A DNA stretch of 64,000 bases from Desulfacinum sp. (GTDB lineage: Bacteria > Desulfobacterota > Syntrophobacteria > Syntrophobacterales > DSM-9756). Shown here one piece after another: positions 18,794-27,041 of this stretch; the stretch's first letter is position 1, and every line of letters starts with the position of its first letter. Location of the stretch: assembly GCA_014359885.1 (NCBI GenBank), contig JACIYN010000070.1, forward strand, positions 5,856 to 69,855, written 5' to 3'. The position numbers and the translations under genes were made by a program. The notes under the pieces are model-generated. The model was given only the letters and a program-made list of their open reading frames with translations. It searched no databases and had not been told where the DNA came from.

Positions 18794-20170
18794 ATGGAAC
18801 CTTTCTCCATTCTCATTGCCGACGACGAGCCGAACATCCGAGAGGCCCTCCATGAGGCGCTGGCCGACGAGGGCTATTTTACGGCCACGGCTTCCTGCGG
18901 CCGGGACGCCTTGGCGCATCTGGAAGAGCGCCGGTTCCATCTGGTCCTCCTGGACCTGGTTCTGGGGGACATGGACGGGCTGGAGATCCTCAAGACGGTC
19001 AAGGAGAGGTGGCCGAAAACGGAAGTGGTGGTCATCACGGCCTACGGCACCATCGAGACGGCGGTGGAAGCCCTGCGGGACGGGGCCTACGACTACATGA
19101 CCAAGCCGGTCAACCTGAAGCGCCTGAGAAGCTACGTCCAGAAGATCCATCGGGCCAAGCGCCTGGAAGACGAGAACATCCGCCTCCGGGAAGAGTTGAG
19201 CCGGGAGCGGCAGTACCGGAACATCGTGGGCTGCAGCGACGCCCTCATGGAGGTTCTGGAACTCATCGACCAGGTGGCGCCCACCGACGTGCCGGTGCTC
19301 ATCCTGGGCGAGACGGGAACCGGAAAGGAGCTGGTGGCCCGGGCCATCCACCAGCGAAGCTTCCGGGCGTCCGGGCCCTTCATCAGCCTCAATTGCGGGG
19401 CCCTTCCCGCCGACCTGTTCGAAAGCGAGCTCTTCGGCTACGAAAAAGGGGCGTTCACAGGGGCCCACGCCCGCAAACCCGGCCGGTACGAAATGGCCCA
19501 CGGCGGAACGCTTTTCCTGGACGAGGTGGCGGAGATGGCCCCGTCCAGCCAGGTGGATTTCCTGCGGCTTCTGGAAGAAGGCACCGTACACCGGCTGGGC
19601 TCCACCCGCCCTTTGGAGGTGGATGTGCGGGTGCTGGCGGCCACCAACAAGGACCTGGAAGCCTTGTGCCGGCAGGGGCTCTTCCGTGAAGACCTCTACT
19701 ACCGCCTCAACGTGGTGTCCGTGACCTTGCCGCCCCTGCGGGAGAGAAGGGAGGACGTGCCGATTCTGGCGGTGCATTTCCTGGAGGAATTCAAGGAAAA
19801 GTACCGGCGGCCCGAACTGGTCTTGGATGCCCCTGTGCTGGAAGAGCTCAAACTTTACTCCTGGCCGGGAAACATCCGGGAATTGCGAAACGCCGTGGAA
19901 CGGGCCGCCGTTCTCTGCCGGGGAAACCGAATCACGCGAAGGTTCTTTCCCTTTCTGCCCGAAGCGGCCGAACCGGCCCGGCCGGAGGCGCCGGAGGACG
20001 GGAAGCCGGAGGGCTATCCGGCCGCCTGGCCCCTGTGGGAAGTGGAAAAGGCCCACATCGCGCGGGCCTTGGAACTGCACGGCGGTCACCGCCGAAAAAC
20101 GGCCGAAAGCCTGGGCATCAGTGAACGGGACCTCTACTACAAGATCAAGAAGTACGGACTTTCGGCGTGA
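18794..20170 (+). CDS. Sigma-54-dependent response regulator (NtrC family)
   Basis: Receiver ADDE...LLD, GETGTGKE, GAFTGA, FLDEV, WPGNIREL, C-terminal HTH. Confidence 0.95.
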   Translation: MEPFSILIADDEPNIREALHEALADEGYFTATASCGRDALAHLEERRFHLVLLDLVLGDMDGLEILKTVKERWPKTEVVVITAYGTIETAVEALRDGAYDYMTKPVNLKRLRSYVQKIHRAKRLEDENIRLREELSRERQYRNIVGCSDALMEVLELIDQVAPTDVPVLILGETGTGKELVARAIHQRSFRASGPFISLNCGALPADLFESELFGYEKGAFTGAHARKPGRYEMAHGGTLFLDEVAEMAPSSQVDFLRLLEEGTVHRLGSTRPLEVDVRVLAATNKDLEALCRQGLFREDLYYRLNVVSVTLPPLRERREDVPILAVHFLEEFKEKYRRPELVLDAPVLEELKLYSWPGNIRELRNAVERAAVLCRGNRITRRFFPFLPEAAEPARPEAPEDGKPEGYPAAWPLWEVEKAHIARALELHGGHRRKTAESLGISERDLYYKIKKYGLSA

Positions 20171-20171
20171 A

Positions 20172-20220
20172 TCGGGAGTCGGGAGTCGGGAGTCGGGAGT
20201 CGGGAGTCGGGAGTCGGGAT
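20172..20220. repeat. Perfect heptamer tandem repeat (TCGGGAG)x6 + TCGGGAT
   Basis: Begins 2 nt after the response regulator stop. Confidence 0.95.
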
Positions 20221-20268
20221 GGGGTCGGTCCTGTCGGTTCAGGTGGCCTTGTCCCCTGCCTGCTTTCC

Positions 20269-20333
20269 ATGAAACGCGACCTTGTCCGGTTCGTGCCCGC
20301 GGGCTGTAGGGGCGAATAATCATTCGCCCCTAC
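20269..20333. repeat. Partial inverted copy of the 95-bp MITE-like element with family A REP
   Basis: ATGAAACGCGAC...GTTCGTGC...CTGTAGGGGCGAATAATCATTCGCCCCTAC. Confidence 0.7.
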
Positions 20334-20420
20334 TCACCCCCCGCTCCATAAGCGCTTCCCGCGCAAGCGCGGCACCCAAGTCGCCGAAGCTGAACAAGGG
20401 TGGACGGACGGTTGGGGTTC

Positions 20421-20478
20421 CCGCAAATCCTGCAGGATCCCCCCTCTCTTTGGAGGCCATCTTCTGCAAACCTTGCAG
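20421..20478 (+). promoter_or_regulatory. Candidate enhancer (UAS) sites for the sigma-54 activator
   Basis: Two similar dyads CCGCAAATCCTGCAG and CTGCAAACCTTGCAG upstream of the -24 element. Confidence 0.5.
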
Positions 20479-20550
20479 ATGCTCTTTTTGCATCCTTTCC
20501 TCTGCCTTGCAACCAGCTGAAAATGCACAGAATGTTCGGATGGGATGTCC

Positions 20551-20565
20551 TGGCACGGAGATTGC
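20551..20565 (+). promoter_or_regulatory. Sigma-54 promoter (-24/-12)
   Basis: TGGCAC-GGAGA-TTGC, consensus match, ~55 nt upstream of the EIIA start. Confidence 0.85.
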
Positions 20566-20620
20566 CCTTTTGAAGGTCGTCCCGCAAAGACGAGGACCAT
20601 CCGTGCAGAAGGAGGAGAGG

Positions 20621-21202
20621 ATGCATTTGTGGCGTTTTTTGAATGACGATCTGGTGGTTCTGGATGTGCAGGCCCGGGACCGGATGTCGGCGCTTCGGGA
20701 GATCATGGACAAGATCCCCCAGAACGGGCGGATTCGAAACAAGGAAAAGGCGCTTCGAGATCTTCTGGATAGGGAGGCGCTTTCCACCACGGGGATCGGG
20801 GGCGGATTTGCGGTTCCCCACGTTCTCACCGAAGAGGCGAACGTTCCGACGCTCATCTTCGCCCGATCCGAAAAGGGAGTGGACTTCCAGGCCAAGGACG
20901 GCCGGCCGGTGCACCTGATCCTGGTGGCCTTCGCCAGCCCGAAAAAGAAGAACTTCTTCATTCAGTGTCTCTACCATGCCGTTCAGGTCTTGAAGGACTC
21001 CGAGCAGTTCCGGCGGCTCATGCAGGCGGCCACTCCCGAAGAGGTCCTGAGCGTCCTGGGACGCAAGGAAAAGCCCGTGGACCGGGCGTTGTTGGAGCCT
21101 GCGGTGACCATTTCCGAGGACGATCCGCGGTGGAAGTGGCTCAACCCTCGACAGGCGGTGGGAGCGTATCTGGCACGGGCGGCTTCGGAAGTTCTGGCTT
21201 GA
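20621..21202 (+). CDS. PTS EIIA (Ntr/fructose-mannitol type) domain protein
   Basis: REALSTTGIGGGFAVPH with phosphorylatable His, GVDFQAKDGRPVHLI; RBS AAGGAGG. Confidence 0.88.
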   Translation: MHLWRFLNDDLVVLDVQARDRMSALREIMDKIPQNGRIRNKEKALRDLLDREALSTTGIGGGFAVPHVLTEEANVPTLIFARSEKGVDFQAKDGRPVHLILVAFASPKKKNFFIQCLYHAVQVLKDSEQFRRLMQAATPEEVLSVLGRKEKPVDRALLEPAVTISEDDPRWKWLNPRQAVGAYLARAASEVLA

Positions 21203-21208
21203 GGACGG

Positions 21209-23065
21209 GTGGTTCGATCTATGAGGCGTTACTTGGATTTCGCGCGTTTTCTGAGGCGGTTTCGCATCAGTGACCAGACCTTCCTGATCGGCGTGGCCGT
21301 GCTGATCGGCGTGGTGGTGGGGTGCGGCACCTACGTCTTCGAGTTGATGCTCAAGGGCGCCGAGCTCTTTTTCTTCCACACCCTTCCGGCTTGGTTGGGG
21401 GAGGGGCGGCACGTCTGGGTGCTGGCCCCCTTTGCCGGCGGTGCCTTGCTGGCGCCCTTCATCCTGGCCTTTCCCAAGGAAGCCACGGAAGACGGCGTTC
21501 CCGCCACCATGGTGGCGGTGGCTTTGCGAAACGGTTTCATGAAATGGTCCCAGGCCGTGCTCCGCATGGTCATGTCGGCCATTACGTTGGGTTCCGGAGG
21601 ATCGGCGGGGAGCGAAGGGCCCATCATCCAGATCGGCTCGGCGCTGGCTTCGGGCATCGGGCAGACCTTGCGGGTTTCCGGCAACCGGCTGCGCATCATC
21701 GCCGCGTGCGGGGCCGCGGCCGGCTTGGCTTCCATCTTCAATGCTCCCATCGCCGGGGTGCTTTTTGCCCTGGAAGTGGTCTTGGGGGAATTCAACGTCT
21801 CGTCCTTCAGCCCCATCGTGATCGCATCGGTGGTGGCCACGGCCTTCTCCCGGGCCTTTCTCCACGAAGAATCCCTGCTGCACCTGCCGTTCCATGAGAG
21901 CTTCCGGGCGGCCGAGATTCCCCTGTATGCGTTGCTGGGAGTGGCCGCCGGGGTCGTTTCCGTGGTCTTCACCAGGACCATGCACGGGATGGAACGCTTC
22001 TTCCACCATCGGGTGGGCGGCCCCAGGGCGCTGAAGCCCGCTTTGGGCGGTCTGGTGGTGGGACTGATCGGTCTGGGCTGTCCCGAAGTGTACGGATACT
22101 CCTATGAACCCATCCTCCAGGCCATCAACGGGGAGATGCTCCTGGGGGCGTTGGCCCTCCTGGTGGCGGTCAAGGTGGTGGCCACGGCCTTCACGCTGGG
22201 TTCCGGCGGTTCCGGCGGGATCCTCTGCCCGTCGCTCTTCATTGGAGCCACCCTGGGAAGCTTCCTGGGCATGGTCTTCCAGCACTTTTTCCCCGAACTG
22301 GTCTTGAGTCCCGGCGCCTACGGCGTGGTGGGCATGGGAGCGCTCCTGGGCGCGGTGGTGCAGGCTCCCATGATGGCCATCATCATGGTCTTCGAACTGA
22401 CCAACGAATACACGGTGATTCTGCCCATGATGGCGGCGTGCATCATCGCCACCGTGGTCCACAAGGGGCTGGCCCACGGGTCCATCTACACCCTGGGGCT
22501 GGCCCGGAAAGGCATCGACATCAACGCCGGCCGGGAGATGGGCATCCTTTCGAGCCTGACCGTTCGAGACATCCTGGAACCCGATGTGGTGACCCTTCCC
22601 GCCACGGCCTCCTACGACGCCGTGCTCCAGAAGCTCTTGAAGGGCAGCGGCAACTACGTCTACGTGGTGGACGAACAGGGATCCCTGGAAGGGGTCATTT
22701 CCTTTACGGACCTGAAGGAGTTCGTCTTTGAAGAGGGGCTGAAGGGGCTGGTCCTGGCCAAGGACCTGGCCAACAAGGATCTCGTCTACGTGACACCGGA
22801 AGAGACACTGGCCTCTTCCCTCAACAAGTTCAGCTTTATCGACATGGAGCAGCTCCCGGTGGTGGAGGTGAACGGTTCCCGGCGGCTCCGGGGAGTGCTC
22901 ACCCGAAGCCGCCTGCTCAAGGCCTACCATCAGGAGATGCAAAAGCGGATGCTCATGCACCCGGCGGATCAACCGGAAGAGAGAACCATCCGGCAGTCCA
23001 CGGAAAAGCAGCCCTGGTCGTTGACGAAGACCGGGTTCAAGTCCAGCTCGGCGATTTCGGGATGA
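21209..23065 (+). CDS. ClC chloride channel / H+ antiporter with CBS domains
   Basis: GGSAGSEGP, GAAAGLASIFNAPIAG, GGSGGILCPSL, SIYT, C-terminal CBS pair. Confidence 0.92.
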   Translation: MVRSMRRYLDFARFLRRFRISDQTFLIGVAVLIGVVVGCGTYVFELMLKGAELFFFHTLPAWLGEGRHVWVLAPFAGGALLAPFILAFPKEATEDGVPATMVAVALRNGFMKWSQAVLRMVMSAITLGSGGSAGSEGPIIQIGSALASGIGQTLRVSGNRLRIIAACGAAAGLASIFNAPIAGVLFALEVVLGEFNVSSFSPIVIASVVATAFSRAFLHEESLLHLPFHESFRAAEIPLYALLGVAAGVVSVVFTRTMHGMERFFHHRVGGPRALKPALGGLVVGLIGLGCPEVYGYSYEPILQAINGEMLLGALALLVAVKVVATAFTLGSGGSGGILCPSLFIGATLGSFLGMVFQHFFPELVLSPGAYGVVGMGALLGAVVQAPMMAIIMVFELTNEYTVILPMMAACIIATVVHKGLAHGSIYTLGLARKGIDINAGREMGILSSLTVRDILEPDVVTLPATASYDAVLQKLLKGSGNYVYVVDEQGSLEGVISFTDLKEFVFEEGLKGLVLAKDLANKDLVYVTPEETLASSLNKFSFIDMEQLPVVEVNGSRRLRGVLTRSRLLKAYHQEMQKRMLMHPADQPEERTIRQSTEKQPWSLTKTGFKSSSAISG

Positions 23066-25062
23066 TCCATGGCCAGACGGGAAAGGGCCAATAGGGCGTC
23101 CACCACGGCGGAAACGGCCACGGGGGCCTCACCCCGGACACCTTGGAGAAGCGGATAGATGCGAAGGGACCGGAGCATCCATTCCGCTTCTTCTCTTTCG
23201 AGAGGGGCGATCCCCCGGGCCACGTCCCGGAAGACCTCCGTGTACACCCCGCCCATGCCCGCCAGGACCACGGGTCCGAACTGCGGGTCGCGGCTGACGC
23301 CCAGGAGCAGCTCCTTTCCCGCCAGCTGTTTCTGCACCTGGATCCCGGCCAGGTGTCCGTCGGGTGTCTCTTGCCGAAACCGCTCCGAGAGATGGGAAAA
23401 GGTCCGCTCCAGGGACGCGCGGTCGGAGATACCCGTTACCACGCCGCCGCGGTCCGACTTGTGGAGCCACTGGGGTGAGACAATTTTGAGCACCACCGGG
23501 TACCCCGCCGCATCCGCCCACTGCGCGGCTTCGGCCGGATCCAGGGTGATCCGGCTCGGGGCCGATACGATGCCGTAGCTTCGAAGGAGCTTTTCGGCGT
23601 CCGCTCCCGTGATCACGCCTCCCGGAGCGGCCAGGGGCTCCGGGGCGTCCGTCCGCTCGGGGCCGTCCAGGATCTCCGCCCGCGGAGGCTTCCGCTGGAC
23701 CTGCCTGTACCGGTGGATGGCCGAAAGGCCCAGGACGGCCTCGTCGATGCTTGTAAAACAGGCCACGCCGTCCACGGCGTCCAGCTTGGGGGCCTCCTCA
23801 TGGGCCCCGTCCCCGTAGAGCCAGAAGGCCAGGGGTTTTCGGCCGGTGTTCCGTTCCTGGATGCGCAGCGTCGTTTCCGTGAGGCGCAGGTTGTCGTGGA
23901 GCGGAGAGGCCATGACCGGCGCGATCACGAGAACGGCATGGACGTCGGGGCTTGCAAAGAGGGCGTCGCACGTCCTTTCCAGCACGTCCGTGAACGACCC
24001 GCCCACCATGCCCAGCGGCCACAAATCCACCGGGTTTCCCAGCCGGTGCCAGGCGATCCGGGGGTTTTCCAGGGACGATCGGGCCTCTTCCGGGAACGGA
24101 GCCAGCCTCAGTCCGTAGTCTTCGCACGCGTCCGCCGTCATGATGCCGCAGGCTCCCGTGGCCGTGGCCACCCCCAGCCGGGGCCCCTCCATGGCGCGAA
24201 AGTTCAGGAAGGCCTTGCATGCGGCCCGCAGTTCCACCATGTTCCGAACGCGGAGAAGCCCCGCCTTCCGGAAGGCCGCATCGAAGACGGCGTCTTCACC
24301 CACCAGAGATCCCGTGTGGGACAGGGCCGCCCTGGCCCCGGCTTCGCTCCGGCCCGTCTTGAAGACGATGACGGGCTTTCGCGCGGCGACGCGGGCGGCC
24401 GCCTGGAGAAATTCCCGGCCCCTTTGGATCCCTTCCATGTGAAGCACGATGATTTCCGTCTGCGGGTCTTCGGCCAGGTAGGGCAGCACGTCCGCAAAAT
24501 GGACGTCGCAGCCGTTTCCGATATCGATGGCCTTTCCGATCCGGCCCGTGAAGGATTCGATCCCCACCTGGAGAACCCCCGACTGGGCCACCAGGCTGAG
24601 GGGCGGAGGCGAGGGGTCCTTGGGAAGATCCAGGAAGGCGGTGCTGAACCGGGAAAAGGCGTTGAGCACCCCCATGGTGTTGGGGCCCAGCACGCGGACG
24701 CCGAACCGACGAGCCGTCTCCGTCAGCTCCCTCTGGAGGTCCGCCCCCGTTTCGTCGGCGTCGGCGAAGCCCTGGCTGATCACGATCACGTGCCGGATTC
24801 CCTTTTGGGCGCATTCCCTGAAAACGGGGAGTACCCGGTCCCGGCCCACGGAAATGACCGCCAGTTCGGGAGCTTCGGGCAGATCGGCCACGGACGGAAA
24901 GGTGTGGAAGCCCAGGATATGCGGCACCTTGGGGTGGATCACGTAGATCTTTCCCTGGTAGCCGTAGCGAAGCATCATCTCCAGGTTGTTGTAGGCGCCC
25001 ACGCCCGTCTGCCGGGAAACGCCGATGAGAGCCACCGATGCGGGGTTGAGGAATCCGTCCAC
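22969..25062 (-). CDS. ADP-forming acetate/acyl-CoA ligase, fused alpha-beta
   Basis: CoA-binding N-terminus, LGPNTMG, SHTGSL phospho-His, HKSDRGGV ATP-grasp, ELDLNP; GTG start with AAAGGAGG. Confidence 0.9.
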   Translation of the reverse strand: MDGFLNPASVALIGVSRQTGVGAYNNLEMMLRYGYQGKIYVIHPKVPHILGFHTFPSVADLPEAPELAVISVGRDRVLPVFRECAQKGIRHVIVISQGFADADETGADLQRELTETARRFGVRVLGPNTMGVLNAFSRFSTAFLDLPKDPSPPPLSLVAQSGVLQVGIESFTGRIGKAIDIGNGCDVHFADVLPYLAEDPQTEIIVLHMEGIQRGREFLQAAARVAARKPVIVFKTGRSEAGARAALSHTGSLVGEDAVFDAAFRKAGLLRVRNMVELRAACKAFLNFRAMEGPRLGVATATGACGIMTADACEDYGLRLAPFPEEARSSLENPRIAWHRLGNPVDLWPLGMVGGSFTDVLERTCDALFASPDVHAVLVIAPVMASPLHDNLRLTETTLRIQERNTGRKPLAFWLYGDGAHEEAPKLDAVDGVACFTSIDEAVLGLSAIHRYRQVQRKPPRAEILDGPERTDAPEPLAAPGGVITGADAEKLLRSYGIVSAPSRITLDPAEAAQWADAAGYPVVLKIVSPQWLHKSDRGGVVTGISDRASLERTFSHLSERFRQETPDGHLAGIQVQKQLAGKELLLGVSRDPQFGPVVLAGMGGVYTEVFRDVARGIAPLEREEAEWMLRSLRIYPLLQGVRGEAPVAVSAVVDALLALSRLAMDHPEIAELDLNPVFVNDQGCFSVDCRMVLSSG

Positions 25063-25194
25063 GGCCACCTCCTTTGGAATGGGAACCACGGGAAAGCGCC
25101 GGGCCATGCCGGCCGGTTTGAGAGTGTCAAATCCTTTCTAGATGCGGCGGGGGGAAGGTGTCAATGGAGGTTCCATGTCCCGTCGGGAAGGCAT

Positions 25195-25506
25195 CTACGT
25201 GCGTCCGCTTAATTTCTTCCTGATCCATAAGGGGTTACGGCGCATCGGAAGAACAGCGACCACGCAGGCGACGTCGTCAAGGATGTCGTAGTAGATGGCG
25301 TAGGGGAATCGCTTGGCAAGCATGCGGAAGAAGCCGTACTGCTTGGGATGAATGCCGGCGTAGAGGATTAAAGACCCTATGTCGGCAAGAAGACTGTCCC
25401 AGAAATAGTCGCCGACGCCCGGCTCTCTTCCGTCGTAGAAGGCTTTTCCGTCGTTCAAGTCGTCGGCGACTTCTTTCAGGACGACCACATCTCTGACAAT
25501 CTTCAC
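25195..25506 (-). CDS. RelE/ParE-family toxin
   Basis: 103 aa; KRFPYAIYY, VAVLPMRRNP; GTGA-coupled to the upstream antitoxin. Confidence 0.85.
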   Translation of the reverse strand: MKIVRDVVVLKEVADDLNDGKAFYDGREPGVGDYFWDSLLADIGSLILYAGIHPKQYGFFRMLAKRFPYAIYYDILDDVACVVAVLPMRRNPLWIRKKLSGRT

Positions 25507-25706
25507 TTCCGGCTCGCCCTCAATTTTTCAAGAGAAAGGAACTCAGCCTTGCCGGTTTCCATCTTTTTCGATCGTTCCGCCAGGACGTCCCGGTGCCATT
25601 CCGGAGATTCCATCTCAAACTCCTCTTCCAAAAGGGAATCCCAAATGGCCTCCATGGCCCGAAGGCGCTCAATTCTGCTCAAGTTCTTGATCTGCTGTCT
25701 GTCCAT
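25503..25706 (-). CDS. Addiction-module antitoxin
   Basis: 67 aa; ERLRAMEAIWDSL...SPEWHRDVLAER. Confidence 0.85.
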   Translation of the reverse strand: MDRQQIKNLSRIERLRAMEAIWDSLLEEEFEMESPEWHRDVLAERSKKMETGKAEFLSLEKLRASRK

Positions 25707-25811
25707 CGCGCTTCCTTTCCGGGAAATTAAAGACCGCCTGTGCCGGTCGTTTTCCCGTGGCCTGGTGCATTTGGCTCCGTTTCCTTCGGAGCGCCAAGCG
25801 CACCACCAGGT

Positions 25812-26099
25812 TTAGGCAGCCTCTATGCGCCGCAGTTTGCTGACATCAACGGATTGTTGAGCTTTCCATAGGTCGTATTGCAGCTGCAAGTGTAGCCACC
25901 CCTCGGGTGTGCGGCCAAAAACCTTGGACAACCGGAGGGCCATTTCGGGACTGATTCCCGCCCGGCCGTTCAGGAGCATCGAAAGAGTTTTTCGCGTTAC
26001 GCCAAGCGCTTCGGCCGCTTTGGTTACAGTTAAACCCAAGGGATCAAGACATTGGGATCGGATGATTTCACCGGGGTGGGGTGGGTTGTGCGTGCGCAT
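25812..26099 (-). CDS. higA: HigA-family antitoxin (HTH)
   Basis: [13 protein letters not shown]...[25 protein letters not shown]. Confidence 0.9.
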   Translation of the reverse strand: MRTHNPPHPGEIIRSQCLDPLGLTVTKAAEALGVTRKTLSMLLNGRAGISPEMALRLSKVFGRTPEGWLHLQLQYDLWKAQQSVDVSKLRRIEAA

Positions 26100-26109
26100 G
26101 GGGTGCTCC

Positions 26110-26300
26110 TTCAAGGGTCATCCTGGTCGTGGACGTCCAAAACATGGCCTTTTTGAAAATCTGAAGGCAACCCGCCAGGTTCCGCTTACCTTCACGGCCC
26201 ATGTTTCTCTCCCGTCTCCCTTGGGCTCGTGAAGATACAGGCCCGGCAAGTCCATGTCGTCCAGGATTTCCGCTGTTTGAAGAAGGCCGGGATTTGCCTG
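26110..26300 (-). pseudogene. higB: HigB toxin remnant, 5'-truncated and frameshifted
   Basis: Manual translation LQTAEILDDMDLPGLYLHEPKGDGRETWAVKVSGTWRVAFRF, then shifted frame [14 protein letters not shown]; 5' end abuts the MITE. Confidence 0.8.
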
Positions 26301-26516
26301 GGAGCTTGTCCGACAATGGCTCTCCGACTTACAAGGCCGAGAAATTTTGGTCCTTCTTGTAGCCGCGGGGCTTCAGCCCCGCGGAAAGGATCATCATAAC
26401 TCCATGAAGTGACAAGAAACACGCGAGACCTATCCGACAACCGGGAATTCTTCCGCAGCCCTAAAGGGCTGCGCTACGAGAAAAGAGGTCGCCCGCGGCG
26501 TTCTCGGACAGGCTCC
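26301..26516. mobile_element. ~215-bp MITE with terminal inverted repeats and an internal inverted REP pair
   Basis: Ends GGAGCTTGTCCGACAA / TTCTCGGACAGGCTCC; internal GTAGCCGCGGGGCTTCAGCCCCGCG and CGCAGCCCTAAAGGGCTGCGCTAC; copies at 46450 and 51122. Confidence 0.82.
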
Positions 26517-27041
26517 TCGGACGCCTCACGTGAGACCGATGCACACCTGTGACTTTGGCGGTTTCGGACCAATTTTTAGGCCCTTATGCTTAAACGAGCA
26601 TATCATGAGAAGGATGTGTAACCAGGCACGTAACGGGTGTCAAGGCGGAAGCGGCGTGAAAGGAATCAGGACGGCTCCATGGGGAATGGATTGCGTGAAA
26701 AGCCCTGTCAGATTACGTTGTGAAAAACTTCTTGCTTGACTTGGCCCGAAAAATCCATTTTGCTGAACATTACCGCTGGGAGGTGTCCCGCCATCGACTA
26801 CCCCCGATGGAGAGAGCCTCCGTCCCAAAAAATCCTACGATCACCTTCATCGACGACTGCTGAACCCGTACGAATCACCTCCAGTTCTCGAACTGCCAAG
26901 GAATCGGGTCTTCCTCTTCCGGAACCTGCCGGATCCGGGTGATCGCCCTTTTTTCTTTTCTTTGAGCGGGCTCCCGCTCCGTGCAGCCACGGGCCGGGAC
27001 GCCCGGATGCAACACGAAGCCTGTGGTGCGGAGCAGGAGAG

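Noticed and set aside
22969-23065. Gene overlaps: ClC/acyl-CoA ligase 97 bp, also paaI/lhgO, mazG/Rossmann protein and 7TM-HD/ybeY
   Set aside because: Overlapping tails look like low-information C-terminal extensions, common in GC-rich genomes; no evidence of function
26760-26960. 6S RNA or a known riboswitch (TPP, c-di-GMP, SAM, cobalamin)
   Set aside because: Hallmark consensus motifs not found by eye; kept only as an unclassified structured-leader candidate
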